DNA of 64,000 nucleotides from Gnetum montanum (lineage: Eukaryota > Plantae > Gnetophyta). The stretch lies in the NCBI GenBank assembly GCA_015680685.1, contig MNCI01002803.1, positions 1 to 64,000 of the forward strand. The letters are read 5' to 3'. Numbering within the stretch: position 1 is the stretch's first letter; each line of letters starts with the position of its first letter. This document shows positions 1 through 13,821 of the stretch, piece by piece. Under the pieces are notes generated by a model, which did not search any database, was not told the DNA's origin, and saw nothing but the letters and a program-made list of their open reading frames with translations. The translations under genes and the position numbers were made by a program.

Positions 1-166
1 TGCCGCCTCTTATTTATAGATATGGTGGCGGGACGCGATAACGCGTACGCGATATCGCAAGAGAAGACGCGATATCGCGTATGCGATATTGCATGGGATG
101 CGATATTGCGGCGGCCGTGATATCGCGTACGCGATATCGCGGCCTAGTGCAAGTCGCGTCTCATCA
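1..166 (-). mobile_element. 5' (U3) end of an Athila-like LTR in reverse orientation, cut by the window edge, inserted between gag and protease of the host element
   Basis: Ends ...gtctcatca at 166 (TGATGAG on minus); colinear with 53505-53669 of the solo LTR; minus-strand TATA (tatttatag at 11-19); gcgatatcgc palindrome array. Confidence 0.88.
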
Positions 167-318
167 ATTGGTTCCAACAACCACATGAAGAAAAGAACTT
201 TCTTCAGAACCAATAGTCCAACCAAGCCCTTGCAATCACAAGTGGCTGATTCCTTAGATGCCTCAGTATCAATCAGAACTTCAGTGACTCTTTCAACTCA
301 ACCACCACACTCAACACA

Positions 319-2567
319 TACAATCATGCTAACACATGTTGTCATCTATTGGATCAAAGTTGGTCATCTTCCCAGGAAATTCTTTGATCCTGGGAGTCCT
401 CTGATATATTTACAAATCATTGGGAATGCGTCGTGCAAGGATCTTTTGGATTTAGGTTCCTATGTCAGCTTGATTTCTCAAAAAATGTACAAGGCCTAGA
501 ACCTACCTCCATTGAAAAAGAGCAACATCCATCTAGAGTTGGCCGACTAGTCCATCACTGTTCCATTAGGACTGGTTGAAGACATTGTTACCATTTTTTG
601 TGGGTGGTCGTATCCAGCTAACTTCCTAGTGATTCAGGTGAATAACGGTAAGAGGGACATCCCAATCATAATGGGAAGAGCATGGCTAAGCACCATCGAT
701 GCATGCCTAGGAATCCACGATCTTTCCCTAGAAATATCAAAGGAAAATACATTCGGAAAGATCGAGAAGAAGAAAGTTCCGTGCATTGCATACAGTGACA
801 CAGGGTGTAATTGCGTGCAGAGGTCATGATTTGTGCAAAGTTTAACATTGCTTGCATGTAATTAGTGTGCATAAGTGATGAACATACAAAGATGCATGTA
901 TGCAACATCCACATGATAGGAAGGCACCCAGTGGCTAATAGCTAATTAAGAAAGTAGTTCAATCATATGCATGGAACCAACTGAGGGTTTGACTTGCGCT
1001 TACATCGATAGCATAGATGCATTAGAGCAAGTCCACCACAAACTTCTAAACCTTAACCTTGAAAATATCAACTAGGGGAAGTTGGGAATCCCTGAGAAAT
1101 TTAAGCAGGAGGCCCTTGAGCTAAAACCATGCCCATCGGTATGGAATACACGTTCCTTAAAAATGGAAAATCAATAATTATCAACGCTAAGTTTGCTCAT
1201 CAACAGAAAGAAGAACTATTGAAGGTAATCAATAGATGTTCAAAAGCCTTCGCTTGGTCATATCCCGAATTAACTGGAATAGATCCTAGGATATGCCAAC
1301 ATAGGATTTACACCGACCCCTCCATGAAGCCTCGAAGACAATCGTAGAGGCATTTGAACCCAAAGTTGAAGCAAGCAGTCAAGGAAGAAATCGAATAGCT
1401 TCTCAAGGCTGGGTTCATATACCCCATTACTGATAGTGAATGGGTTAGCCTGTTAGTTATTGTGCCTAAAAAGGGAGGCAAATGGAGGATGTGCATAGAT
1501 TTTAGGCTACTGAATATGGAAACATTCAAAGATCACTTTCTGTTGCCATTGACCAAGTTTTAGACACCATCGTAGGGCATCACTATTGCAATTTTTTGGA
1601 TGGATATAGTGGATATAATTAAATACAAATAGCCCTAGAAGACCAAGCTAAGACTACGTTCACCAGTCCTTGGGGAACATTTGCATACAAATAGATGTTG
1701 TTTGGCTTGTGTAATGCCCCTGCAACATTTCAATGACTAGTTCTAAGCATCTTCCAATAGCAGATAGGAAATGGTGTAGAAGTCTTTATGGATGATTTCT
1801 CCACCTATGGAGCAAACTTTGATCAAGCTTTGGATAGGTTAGAACAAGTGTTAAAAAGATGTGTAGAAACCAATTTGAGGCTCAACTAGCAGAAAAGCCA
1901 TTTGATGATCCAAGAGGGCATAGTACTAGGGCACAAAATCTCACACACAGGGATAGAGGTAGACCTTGAGAAAATCAAAGTTATCCAAGGAATTACCCAT
2001 CAACCAAAAACTATCAAAGATATTCGGTCATTCCTTGGACATATTGGCTACTATAGGAGATTTATTGAGAACTTTTCAAAGGTTACCAAACTATTAGTGG
2101 AATTAATGAAAAAGGACGTACCTTTCGAGTGGACCAAAGAATGCGAATTAGCTTTCCAAACTCTAAAATAGAAGCTAGTAGAAACACCCATTCTACAAGC
2201 TTCTGACTGGTCCAAACCATTCCATATCATGATTAACGTGTCCAACTATGCTTTAGGAGCCGTACTTACACAGTTAGATGACCAAAAGTTTCCTTATTAC
2301 ATCCATTGTGCAAGTAGAAGTATCGTTGGTGCACAACTTACCTACACTACCACAGAGAAAGAATTGATGGTTGTAGTGTTTGCACTAGAAAAGTTTAGAC
2401 ACTATGTATTGGGATATAAAGTATATATAAATACAGATCATAGTGCAATAAGGTTCCTCATGAATAAGCCAATGGTAAGCCCTTGTATCATACGATGGCT
2501 TGTAATCTTACAAGAGTTCGATCTTATGATGATCGATCGTAAATGCATCGAGAATGTAGTTGCTAAT
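319..2567 (+). pseudogene. pol remnant: aspartic protease, reverse transcriptase, RNase H
   Basis: DPGSP..LLDLGS and IIMGRAWL (protease); LKAGFIYP, WRMCIDFR, VFMDDF, VLGHKIS, IRSFLGHIGYYRRFI (RT); YTTTEKEL, TDHSA, ENVVAN (RNase H). Many stops and frameshifts. Confidence 0.93.
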
Positions 2568-3364
2568 TGATGAGCCGTGATATCATGTATGGGATATTGC
2601 ATCCTGCCTCATCTTTTATAAATAAGAGGTGGTGCCCTTTGTTCCCAATGGTAAGACTTAGACCATTATCCAAACTCTTGTAGTTTTATCATTCCAAAGT
2701 TAGAATAATTTTTGTGTGCTTGCAGTAGGAGTGATAGAGTGAACGGATCTTTATTCGAGCAAATTTGTACCTGAGCACACATTTGTGTATAATAATAAAG
2801 ACAAAATTTATGATAAACCCTGTAGCATATAGACTAAGCTAATTAGTAATTAATTATTGTTGAATGTTTAATGCTTTCCTAGTTAATTAATTTCTCTCTC
2901 AACCCTTGACACTCTTAGTTAAGTACACTAAATACGACCGCTTCAAGCATGCGTGTAGCGCTTGGTAACCTAGTAACAATTAGCGTTTGGTAATCCTAGC
3001 AATGTTGCACTGGTTCAGGATGTGTACAACAAGTGGGAATAGATACTAGTGTTAGGAACCTTTAGAAACTAGTTAATGAATAGTTAATGTAAGTTAGCCA
3101 CTTAGTTCTCTCTCCCTCTCCTTATTAGTAGAAGACATCAAAAAAGGTAAAAGCTATAAAAATCACATACCTCAAGCTTACTTAACCATACAATCGTGAC
3201 AATACAAGTAAGTTTGGAAAGACAACGATTGATTAACCAAGAGTGTTCCATTAAGGCGGGTAAGCATAAGGCGGGTAAGCACTTAGTCCTTGGAGTTCAA
3301 CCGGATTACGCGTGAAATGCTTGTATTCGTATGGTTACGTGTAGGGGTACCTCGCCACTCATCA
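2568..3364 (+). repeat. 5' LTR of nested element
   Basis: tgatgagcc...ccactcatca; colinear with 8867-9647; TATA-like ttataaata near 2616. Confidence 0.94.
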
Positions 3365-3365
3365 T

Positions 3366-3383
3366 TGGCATCATTTCTGGGGA
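3366..3383 (+). promoter_or_regulatory. Primer-binding site, decayed Athila-type (tRNA-Asp-like)
   Basis: tggcatcatttctgggga just after the LTR; differs from the Athila consensus tggcgccgttgccgggga mostly by C>T/G>A changes. Confidence 0.75.
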
Positions 3384-4420
3384 CTTAGTTGTTTGTTCAC
3401 TGCATAGAACATAGGAAATCATTCATATCATTGGAATGCTAGAACAAACCATTAGGGTTAATCAAAGAAAGATAAGATAATGGTACATTGCACACCGAAT
3501 AAGAAAGTATGTCTTCTTCTTCGCATAAGAGCATTTCACCGCCTAGGACTAACACAAGAGACAGTCGGCGGCATAATATACGTAACCAAGATCTGCCATT
3601 TCCTCAATAGTTTCAGGTGGTATATACTCATCACGATGAGTATGTACCTGATTTCACCTTTATTCTCCACTAAGATGAACAATTGCGTTGGAGAGACTTG
3701 GAGGGTAACATAGTGTTGCCTCCAGACCGATCAGTCCCCAACATGCTCCTTCGTGCTCTCACATGAATAGGCATGCCACTTTTATATGCAGAATACATTG
3801 CATGCAATCATGACACAAGGGACTATCATCCCACAGAAGTGCAACGTTAAAGGAACTTGCAACAGGAGAGATACCATATATCCTTGAAGGGTAAATGGTC
3901 CCATAACGCTTTGCACGTCTTAAGTGAAATTGAGGGTGGTGAACCTATTTCAACAGGTTCTCCACAAAATGATGTTTCCCCTCCTAACGATGGTTAGTAG
4001 GTGGTGTATCAGAACCTCCACTCCACTATTCACAACCCTGGTTTTGATACCCATGAACACGAAGTGTTCAACAAGGGAACACAAAAACACGATAAGGGCG
4101 AACATTTTGATCGTGATCACGATCAGGGCTGAGACCACTGAAGAGAAGGTAGAAAACATCATCATGACAATGGTTCTCCTTCTTCTCCACCTTCATCATC
4201 ACCTTCACCCTCTCCTTGAGTGTCTAGACGCAGTCATAAGGAAACCAATTGTGAGGATAAAGGAAAGCATAGTGAAAAACATCGACGAGATAGTCGAGAA
4301 CAAGGACAAGGGCACTCGAAGGAATCAAGGCATAGAAGAAGGGAGAGTAGGGAACCAGATAGACACCATAGATGCTACGAATGAGATGATCATGAAGAAC
4401 CCCTACTTGCAACTAGAAGC

Positions 4421-5849
4421 ATGCTAGATATAATGAAGGCTGTAAAAGTTCCAACAAGGCACCAAAAGGATAGTAGGATCAAGAGGTTAGACATGAAAAA
4501 TATCCCACAATTTGAAGGGGGATACAACACTAATCCTCAAAATCATTTACAAGCATTCCATAATGCATGTGCCTTGCAAAACATAGAGAACGAATGGCAA
4601 AAAATGAAGTTGTTCCCAAGGACACTAGTGAAAGAAGTGGAAAGCTAGTACCAGTCCTTAGAATCGGAACCCATTCGGAGGTGGAGTACAATGTTAGAAT
4701 TGTTCAATGATAAGTACCAAACATACTCCCGAGTGTCTAACCTGTGAAAGCAAATCCAAGGATGGAAGCAAGGAAATCATGAACCCTTGGATGCTACCAT
4801 GGGCCACTATTACGCACTGTTACATCGTTGCCTTGGCCATGGTTATTTGTAGTGGGATCAACTACGCCATCTCGTAGATGGACTTAGGAATGAAACAAGG
4901 AGAACCCTTGGAACGTATGCCCAAGGAAGATTATCAGAGCTTAGGTCTCATCAAATTCATAGATTGCTAGAGCAAGTAGCCAAGGAAGAAGGTGAGCTAT
5001 GGAAGAGAGAAAGTACAGAAGAATATAACTGAGATCCTTCCCTCTGAAAAAGGGGGGTGAGATTTTGTGAGGAAGAAGAGTCACCACTCGAATAGATGGT
5101 GAATAGGAAAAATTTTCCACTCCAAAAGTTAACAACAGAAGTATTGACAAAGGTAGACCAAATGTGGGACTTCTTGGATAGTAGGTTTGAAACTGTTCTC
5201 AAAATTGTAGAGGAGTCTAGGGAGTGAGGTAGTGACCGTGACAAAAAGAAAAAGAGAGATGTGGACAATGCACGTAATAAGGATAAGGGAAAAATGGCCA
5301 TCACAGAAGAGGTTGTAGATTCAAACACAAACAATGAGGGTGGATGCGAGATATGCCAATATAACCATCCTAAGGGATGTTTCCCAGTGATCTCACATCT
5401 ACAAGAGTCTGGGGGTGTATGCACTCAACCCACAACTTAACAAACAACAAGCACCCCAACGGTTACCTTATCCCCAAGGTAACCCAAGGCAATTCCACCA
5501 ATCTTCAACATATTATCCAAGTGGAACTCCACCACAACCTGTTGAGCAACATCAATAGTGGCAATACCCACAGTCATGGGGGATGCCACCACAAAGGCAA
5601 CAATACCCCTACCAGAAACTAGACCCATATGGCTACTACGTGCAGCATCCAATCTCTCCACGTGACTCTGTTGGTCATGTTACACCACAACATCACTACC
5701 AAGCTCGTGAGTATTATAAAACTCCTTCTCCTAGGGGAGATAACCCACAAACATACCATCCTTCAAATCCATCCGCAACTCTCACACCAATGGCTCCATT
5801 ACCACCTGCTCCAGTAATGCAAGGGAAACTTCCTACTCAACCACAATAA
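4421..5849 (+). pseudogene. gag remnant of nested element
   Basis: IPQFEGG..NPQNHLQAFHNAC..KMKLFPRTL (retrotransposon gag), followed by stop-interrupted gag core and a Pro/Gln-rich tract ending GKLPTQPQ (Athila-like GxLPxQP). Confidence 0.82.
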
Positions 5850-6040
5850 TGTAATGCTACGAGGGCTGTAAATCTTCAACCCGCTACTAGTTCTGATAAT
5901 CATATGAAGAGAAGACCTTTCTTCAAAACCAACAGTCCAACCAAGCCCTCGCAACCACAAGCAGTTGAACATCTGAACGTCTCCCCATCAAATAAGGCTT
6001 CAGACCAAACGTCTCCCCTTCAAACCAAACACCGAACTCA

Positions 6041-6547
6041 ATGCATACGGTTATGTTAACACATGTCGTTATTGACTGGATCAAGGTGGGTCACCTTCCC
6101 AAGAAATTCTCTGATCTTGGAAGCCCTCTAATCTATCTCCAAGTTGCTAGGAATGAGCCATGTAAAGCTCTTCTGGACTCAAGTTCTGGAGTGAATCTAA
6201 TATCACAAGAGATGTACAAAGCCTGGAACCTGCCTCCATTAAGGAAGAGCAATATTTGCCTAAAGTTGGCCGACCAGTCCATCACTGTTCCCTTGGGACT
6301 GGTGGAGGATATCATTACCACTGTGTGTGGGTGGTTGTACCTAGCTGATTTACTAGTGATACAAGTGAATAATGATAAAGGGGACTTCCCAATAATAATG
6401 GGAAGGGCATGGCTAAGTACTGTAGATGCACATCTAGGAATCCACGATCTTTCCCTGGAAATATCTAAGGAGAACACTTTTGGAAAGATCAAGAAGAAGA
6501 AGGTTCCATGCATCACATACAATGATACAGGGTGCAATTGCGTGTAG
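6041..6547 (+). pseudogene. Retrotransposon aspartic protease domain (open frame fragment)
   Basis: ALLDSSSGVNLI, LKLADQS, PIIMGRAWLST; homologous to 319-829. Confidence 0.88.
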
Positions 6548-8866
6548 AGATCATGGGTTGAGCAAAGTTTAGCATTGCCTGCATGCAACCGGTGTGCACA
6601 AGATCTTAACCTACAAAAGTGCCTATATGCAGCAGCCACACGACAAAGAGACACCTAGTGGCTGATAGTTGAACAAGAGAGTAACTTACTGACATGGATG
6701 GAACTAATTGAGGGAATAACTTGTGCTTACATTGAAAGCATAGATGCACTAAAGCAAGTTTGTCATCAACTTCCAACCTTAACCTGGAAAACATCAACTG
6801 GGAAAAGTTGGAAATTCCTAAAAAAAGTTAGACAAAAATCTTAATAAGAGATTATTAGTCTATGTGCAACAGACAAAAACTTTCCATGAATTTAGAATGG
6901 TCAATGCACATAGTACCTCTAAGAAAGGATGATCCTACTCACTATTTTGGATCTCCTCCTTCCAACTCAGTCATGGGGGAGACGACCACCTCTACTAACC
7001 AATTGAGGCCCTCAATTCCTTTTTCTTTTTAAGTTTTTGTTTTACAAATTTCTTTAACTTTTCTTGTTTTTTTTTGCAACATCGTTTATACTTTTTGATT
7101 TCTTTGTGCGGTTGTTTATTTTGTTAGGTTTTTCACCTAATAAGTGCTCCTAATGGTGGTATGAACTGTATTCTATTGATTATTAATGTTTGATTTTTAC
7201 CTTTGAGTTATAATGTTGATACTAAGGTATGGTTCTTTTGATATAATAGGCAATGAGTCCACGTCATTCATGCATTCATGAAAATTCTATGGTCTCTCTG
7301 GGCTTGGAATTGTATGGTCCCTTTCTTAATAATAAAACTATTAACGAATTGGTGATTGGGCATTTCTCAAACTGAGGAAGGACTCAAGGACCGAAAAGGA
7401 TGTGACTTCAAGGGGATTTGATGCATTTGTGCTGGCCATTCTCTTGGGTGCTTGGATGTTTTCTTCTTGAGTTTTCCTTACCATTCTAACATTGCTCCAT
7501 TATCAGGAAGTTGAGCTAATAAGAATAATAAGTCTTTGCATGGTGTGGTTCTCACGCAAAAAAAAATAAAATAAAATAGTGAGAATTCAAAGCACACCCC
7601 TTAGACAAAATAATCATTTGGGCTACAAGCACTGGTTATGGAACTAAACAAACATGTTCCCTCTAACTAAGGCCCTTTCTCTCTTCCTACTTTTCCCTTT
7701 CTTGTCTCCTCGGAATGGTCGTGACTCTTTGGCGGAAGCATTCTTGTTACTTCAAGTGGATGGATTGGCCAAGTGTATTAATGCGAAGTCACTAGATGTG
7801 GATTGTTTGAGGCTGGATTTGGGATGAGATCTACTCAGTCACATTAACCATAAATACACAAGGGATTGTACACCACCTTGTTCTTGGGACTCCATTCCAT
7901 TCTCTTCTTTTCATCATTCTTTCTCCATTCTCCACCTCATTGTCGATTGTATCAGTAGTCTATATTTTAGTTGATACATTGTTTTCTCTTTGGTTAAATT
8001 CTTGTGGTTAAGACTTTAACTCTTGCTTCCAAATGACATTTCTAGAGCCTATGGACTCTTTGAATGTGGGTTTGTCAAGGCATCAAAGACATGAGCCTGC
8101 TTTGGGGAGGACCCACCGGCATTCCTATTTGGTGCATCAGTTAACTTCTTCCCCTTAAACATTTTCGCAATCAACATTTGTTTTGTTCATTACCATCTCT
8201 AACATTCATTTTATCGGCGTTGTCGTTGTTTCTTTTTCTCCATCTTTCTTATTCTTTATCTTTTTCCATTTTATTGCTACCAGAGGATCTCTCTTAGTCA
8301 TGGGGGCCTTGGTCCAAATTTTTCAATTCTTCCTAACCCCTACACCTTGGGTAGTCAACAGTGTTATATCTCTAGAATCCATATCGGCCATATCACAACT
8401 TAGCTAATGGACTTTACACCAAAGCAAGGTATCAACTGTATTGTGATTTACTTATCCTTGCTCATATGTGACTATGTTGTGTGTGCAAATGGTAATCATA
8501 CAACAATGGACTGGACCTAGAGGAAACACTTAGGATGGACTGGTGCTAGAACAGTCGTGCAAGGAACAAGATTGATGGTGCACTCATGGATGGACAATGG
8601 AAGGCACAATTTTGGCATCCCCAGCAACAAATCTTCTCCTTTTTTTTCTCTCTCTCTTCTCTCTCAACTGTCAAATAAGGCCAGATGTCAAATGTGTATA
8701 GTGTTCATGCTTGTGGTCATGAACACTAATGTTGCCATGTATTGTAATGTTGATCCGTTCACATGTCACCCCATTCACCATCAATGTCATTCAAGTCAAT
8801 AATCTCATACCTTCCCAATATTTTGTAAGGAACTTGAGGATGAGTTTTCATTCAGTCATGGGGGTA

Positions 8867-9647
8867 TGATGAGCCACGATATCACATACGCGATATCACA
8901 TCCTGCTTCATCTTCTATAAATAAGAGGCGACGCCCTTTGTTCCCAGTAGTAAGACTTAGGCCATTAGCCAAACTCTCGCAGTTTTATCATTCCAAAGTT
9001 AGAATAATTTCTGTGTGCCCGCAGTAGGAGTCATAGAGTGAACGGATCTTTATTCGAGAAAATTTATACCTGAGCACACATTTTTGTACGACAATAAAGA
9101 TGAACTTTATGATAAACCTTGCAGCATATAGACTAAGCTAATTAGTAATTAATTATTGTTGAATGTTTAATGCTTTCCTAGTTAATTAATTTCTTTCTCA
9201 ACCCTTGACACTCTTAATTAAGTACATTCGGTACGACCACTTTGAGCATGCGTGTAGCGCTTGGTAACCTAGTAACGATTAGCATTTGGTAATCCCAGCA
9301 GCGTTGCACTGGTTCAGGATGTGTACGACAAGTGAGAACGGATACTGGTGTTAGGAACCTTTAAAACTAGTTAATAAATAGTTAATGTAAGTTAGCCACT
9401 TAGTTCTCTCTCCCTCTCCTTATTAGCCGAAGACATCAAAAAAGGTAAAAGCTATAAAAAACACATACCTCAAGCTTACTTAACCATACAACCGTGCCAA
9501 TACAAGTAAGTTTGGGAAGACAACGATTGATTAACCAAGAGTGTTCCATTAAGGCACGTAAGCACTTAGTCCTTGGAGTTTGACCAGATCGCGTGTGAAA
9601 CGCTCGTATTGATATGGTTGAGTGTAGGGGTACCTCACCACTCATCA
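8867..9647 (+). repeat. 3' LTR of nested element
   Basis: Preceded by PPT-like agtcatgggggta; tgatgagcc...ccactcatca. Confidence 0.94.
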
Positions 9648-9652
9648 CTAAG

Positions 9653-10960
9653 CATATATCTTGGTTACGATGGGACAACAAAGAGGACGAGTATCTAATT
9701 TTTGATTATTTTCCTGATGAATTCCTCTTTGCTGGTATAGTGAATAATCAATCACCCACGAATGCAAACTGGTACAGTAGCATTCTTACCTATCTCCTCA
9801 CCCAAAAAACACCACAAGAGTTAAACCTTAAGAAGAAATAATAGTTTCTTCACCGAGCCAAGTACTTTATGGAGATCAATGAGAAACTTTACAAAGTGTG
9901 TCCCGATGGCTTGGTTCGATGGTGTGTTCCCAATATAGATCAACTGTGAGTTCTCCAAGACACTCATGTGGGTCCTTGTGGGGGTCATTACGTTGGGAGA
10001 TGAACAACCATCAAGATATTGCTTGCAGGATATTATTGGCCTACATTATTTCAAGACGCCCATCGTTTTGTCCAATCTTGTGAGTGCTGTCAACGTGATG
10101 GGAGAATGACTGCTAGAATGGAGGGTCAACAACAATGGATTCAACCATTAGAACCCTTCGACATCTGGGGAATTGATTTTATGGGGCCAATTACACCAAT
10201 GTCCAATGGAAAAGACTATATCATTGTTGTTGTTGATTACCTAACTAAATGGGCAGAAGTAGCTGCTGTTAAGGATTGTACATCATCTACAGCTACACAA
10301 TTTGTTCAACAACAAATCATAAATAGGTTTGGTGTGACTCGTCCACTTATTTCAGATAATGGTACCCACTTCATAGGTGCAACCTTTTAGAAATTAATGC
10401 AACACTTAGGGGTTGAGCATAAATTGACTACAGCATACCACCCCCAAGCGAATGGTCAAGCAGAGGTCACCAACAGGGAGATGACGAAGATATTGACAAG
10501 AACCATTAGAAAGTTTAGGTGAGACTAGAGCACTAAACTGAACGATGCTCTTTGGGCATACCTCTCCACATGGAAACTCCCTATAGGCTACTCTCCCTAT
10601 GAGTTAGTGTATGGTAAATTACCAACGCTTCCCATTCAAACTGAGCTCCATACACTATCCATGGCATGTGACCTCAACCTTGACCTTAATTTAGCATAGA
10701 AACAATGGTTAGTAATCCTTAACTATTAGATGAAAACTGACTAGTGGCCCTGTCATCTAACAAGTTGCACGAGTCATTCAATAAACAACATCATAACCTA
10801 AGGATTAGGAAATTTAAATATCAATTTGGAGATAAGGTTCTCTACTAGAATCCCACACATGTGCCACAACGTACTAAGTTTCAAACACTGTGGGAAGGAC
10901 CTTATATTATCTATGAAACTTTTCCTTCAGGGGCCATGACAAATATACAAACCTGAGAGC
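9653..10960 (+). pseudogene. Integrase remnant of host element
   Basis: H..GPCGGH, GYYWPTLFQDA..CECCQR zinc finger; WGIDFMGP, ISDNGTHF, AYHPQANGQAE core; WEGPY C-terminal motif; stops present. Confidence 0.93.
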
Positions 10961-12973
10961 CCAAACAAGAAATTGTTGGTCAACGTACAATAAACCAAAC
11001 CTTTCCATGAGCTTAGGACAACCAGTACACATGCTACCTTTGTTGATGGACGACCTTGCTCACTATGCTAACCGTTTTAGGCCCTCAGTTCTTTTTGAAT
11101 TTTTGTTTTACACATTTTTTCAACTTTTTCTTATTTTTTTTATACCATCGTTCATGTTTTTACTGTTTCTTTGTTTGCTTGATTTACTTTTATTCATCAT
11201 CTAATAAGTGCTCATGATGGTGGATTGAATTATATCATATTGATTACTAATGTTTCGTTTTTACCGATGCTGATATTAAGGTATGGTTCTTTTGGTAAAA
11301 TAGGCAATGAGTCCATGCCATCCACTCATCCATACAACTCTATGATCTCCTTTGGCTTGGAACTATACAATCCATTTTTTCTAAGTAAATTTATTAATGA
11401 ATTGGTGGCTAGGTACTTTTCAAACCAAGGAAAGACTCAAAGGATGAAAAGGGTGTGACTTCAAGGGGATTTGATGCATTTGTGCTTACCATTCTCTTGG
11501 GGTGCTTGGATGCTTGTTTCTTGGATTTTGCGCCATTCTGACATTGTTCAAAAATCAGGAAGCCTAGTGAATAAAAATAAGTCTTTGCATGATGTGGTTC
11601 TCATGCAAAAAGAAAAAAGGAGAAAAGTGAGAATTCAAAGCACACCCCTTAGACATAATAAAACAATATGGGCTACAAGCACTAGTTATGAAACTAGAAA
11701 GACATGTTACCCATGCTTGAAGGTTTCCTCTAACTAAGGCCTTTTCTCACTTCCTACTTCTCCATCTCGCTCTCCTCAGGATGGTGATCACTTTTTGTGA
11801 AAACATTCTTGTTACTTTAAGAGGGTGGATTGGCCAGGTGTATTGATGCGAGGTCACTGAATGTGGTTGGTTTGAGTTTGGATTTGGAATCAAGTTTTAC
11901 TTAGTCATCTTAACCATGAAATACGCAAGGGGATTTACACAACCTTGTTCTTGGGATTTCATTTTATTCTCTCCTCTTCATCTTTCTTCCCATTTTCCAC
12001 CTCATTGCCGATTTTATCATTAGTCCATTCTGGGTTGATGCATTGTTTTTCTTTGGTGAATTCTTGTGGGTAAGTTTTTAACTCTTGCTTCCAAATGACA
12101 TTTCTAGAGCCTACGGACTCTTTGGTTTGTGGGTTTGTCAGGGCATAAAAGGCATAAGCCTGCTTTGGGGAGGACCCATTGGCATTCATTTTTGGTGCAA
12201 TTGTTAAGTTCTTTTCCTTAAACATTTCCTGTAATCAATCATTTCTTGTTTCATCCCCATCCATGACATCCATTTTATTGGCATTGTCGTTGATATTTTT
12301 CATCTTTCTTATTCCTCATGTTTTTTCATCTTATAGCTACCAGAGGTTTGCTCTTAGTCATGGGGGCCCTGGCATAAATTTTTCAATTTTTTCCATTTTA
12401 CTAATTGCCTAATCCCTACACCTTAGGTAGTTGCCAGTGATAACTCTCCAAACCAATTTCTACCATAACCACAACTCAGCCAATGCGCTTAATATTGAGG
12501 CAAGATATCAACTGCATTATGATTTATCTATCCTTGCTCATTTGTGATTGTGTTGTGTGTGCAGATGGTGATTATACAAACAATGGACTAGGCTTGGAGG
12601 AAGCACTTAGGATGGATCAGAACTAGAGCATTTACAAAAGGAGCAAGTTTGGTGGCATGGCTATGGATAAACAATAGAAGGCGCAATCTCGGCATTGACG
12701 ACAACACGCTTCATCTTCTTTCTCTCTTTTTCTCTTGAAACTGCCAAATAAAGGCTTGGATGTCATTTATGTATGAGTGTTCACCACAATGGTCATGAAC
12801 ACTAAGGCTGTAATATGCTAATTGATCTATTCACTAGGCATGTTGAGTCTGTCATCCTATTCTACTGTTAGTTGTCAGTTAGTCAATAATCTTATACCTT
12901 CCCAATATTTTGTAAAGAATTTGTTTCTTTTCTTCTATACTTGAGGATGATTTTTCATTCAGTCATGGGGGTA

Positions 12974-13821
12974 TGAAGAGAGCGGTTACTCTAGCAATTA
13001 TTCTAATTATTAGAGCAGTTACTCTAGCGGTTACTCTAGCAATTACTCTAATTATTAGAGTAGTTGCTCCCAAGCTTATAAATACAGTGCCCAGGCGCAC
13101 AATTGGAAAGAAGTCTTTTAGTAGTCAAGTAACAAAACTCTTGTAGTCTGTTTGAAAGTTAGAGTATTTTCCAAGTGCTCGCAACAGGAGGTCTAAGTGT
13201 GGATGGATTTTTATTCGAGCATTGTGTACCTAAGCACACCTTGTGTACAACAATAAAGACAAGCTCTTAGATTCATCCTTGCAACACTTGAAGATTTGTT
13301 TTCTTATGCATTTATTTTATTTTATTTTATTTTATGCACTTTATATTTATGTTATTAGTGTAGCAATTCATTTTGATCAATTAAGCAAATCGTTAAAATA
13401 CACAAGCACGACCACTTCGAGCATGCATATAATGCTTGGTAATCCAGTAACAATTAGTGTTTGGTAATCCTAGTAGTGTTGCACTGGTTCAGGATGTGTA
13501 CAAGAAGTGGGAACGGATGCTAGTGTTAGGATTAGTTAGAACTTAGTTAATGAATAGTTAAGTTAAATTAGTCACCTAGTTATCTCTCTCTTTCCCTATT
13601 AGCATAGGACATAAAAACATAAAAGCTATAAAAATTATATGCCTCAAGCTTACTTAACCATACAATCGTGACATACCGGTAAGCTTGGGAAGACAATGAT
13701 CAACCAACCCATCCTTGTTCCATAAGGGTGCATAAGTACTTAGTCCTTGGAATTCGACCGGATCGTGCGTGAAACACTCATATTCATATGGTTGAGCATA
13801 GGGGTACCTCGCCGCTCATCA
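12974..13821 (+). repeat. 3' LTR of host element
   Basis: After agtcatgggggta; starts tgaagag, ends gccgctcatca; downstream part homologous to the nested LTRs. Confidence 0.9.

Larger units (their letters stand above)
2568..9647 (+). mobile_element. Nested non-autonomous Athila-like LTR element (gag + protease only)
   Basis: Two homologous LTRs TGATGAG...CTCATCA; flanks ctaat (2563-2567) / ctaag (9648-9652), a 5-bp TSD with one mismatch; splits the host ENVVA-x-HxSxL motif at the end of RNase H. Confidence 0.93.
167..13821 (+). mobile_element. Athila-like Ty3/gypsy LTR retrotransposon (host element; 5' part outside window), degenerate, interrupted by a nested element at 2568-9647
   Basis: PR-RT-RH (about 320-2567), INT (9653-10960), ~2 kb 3' region, PPT-like agtcatgggggta, 3' LTR 12974-13821. 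Gypsy domain order; RT motif VEVFMDDFS. Confidence 0.88.
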
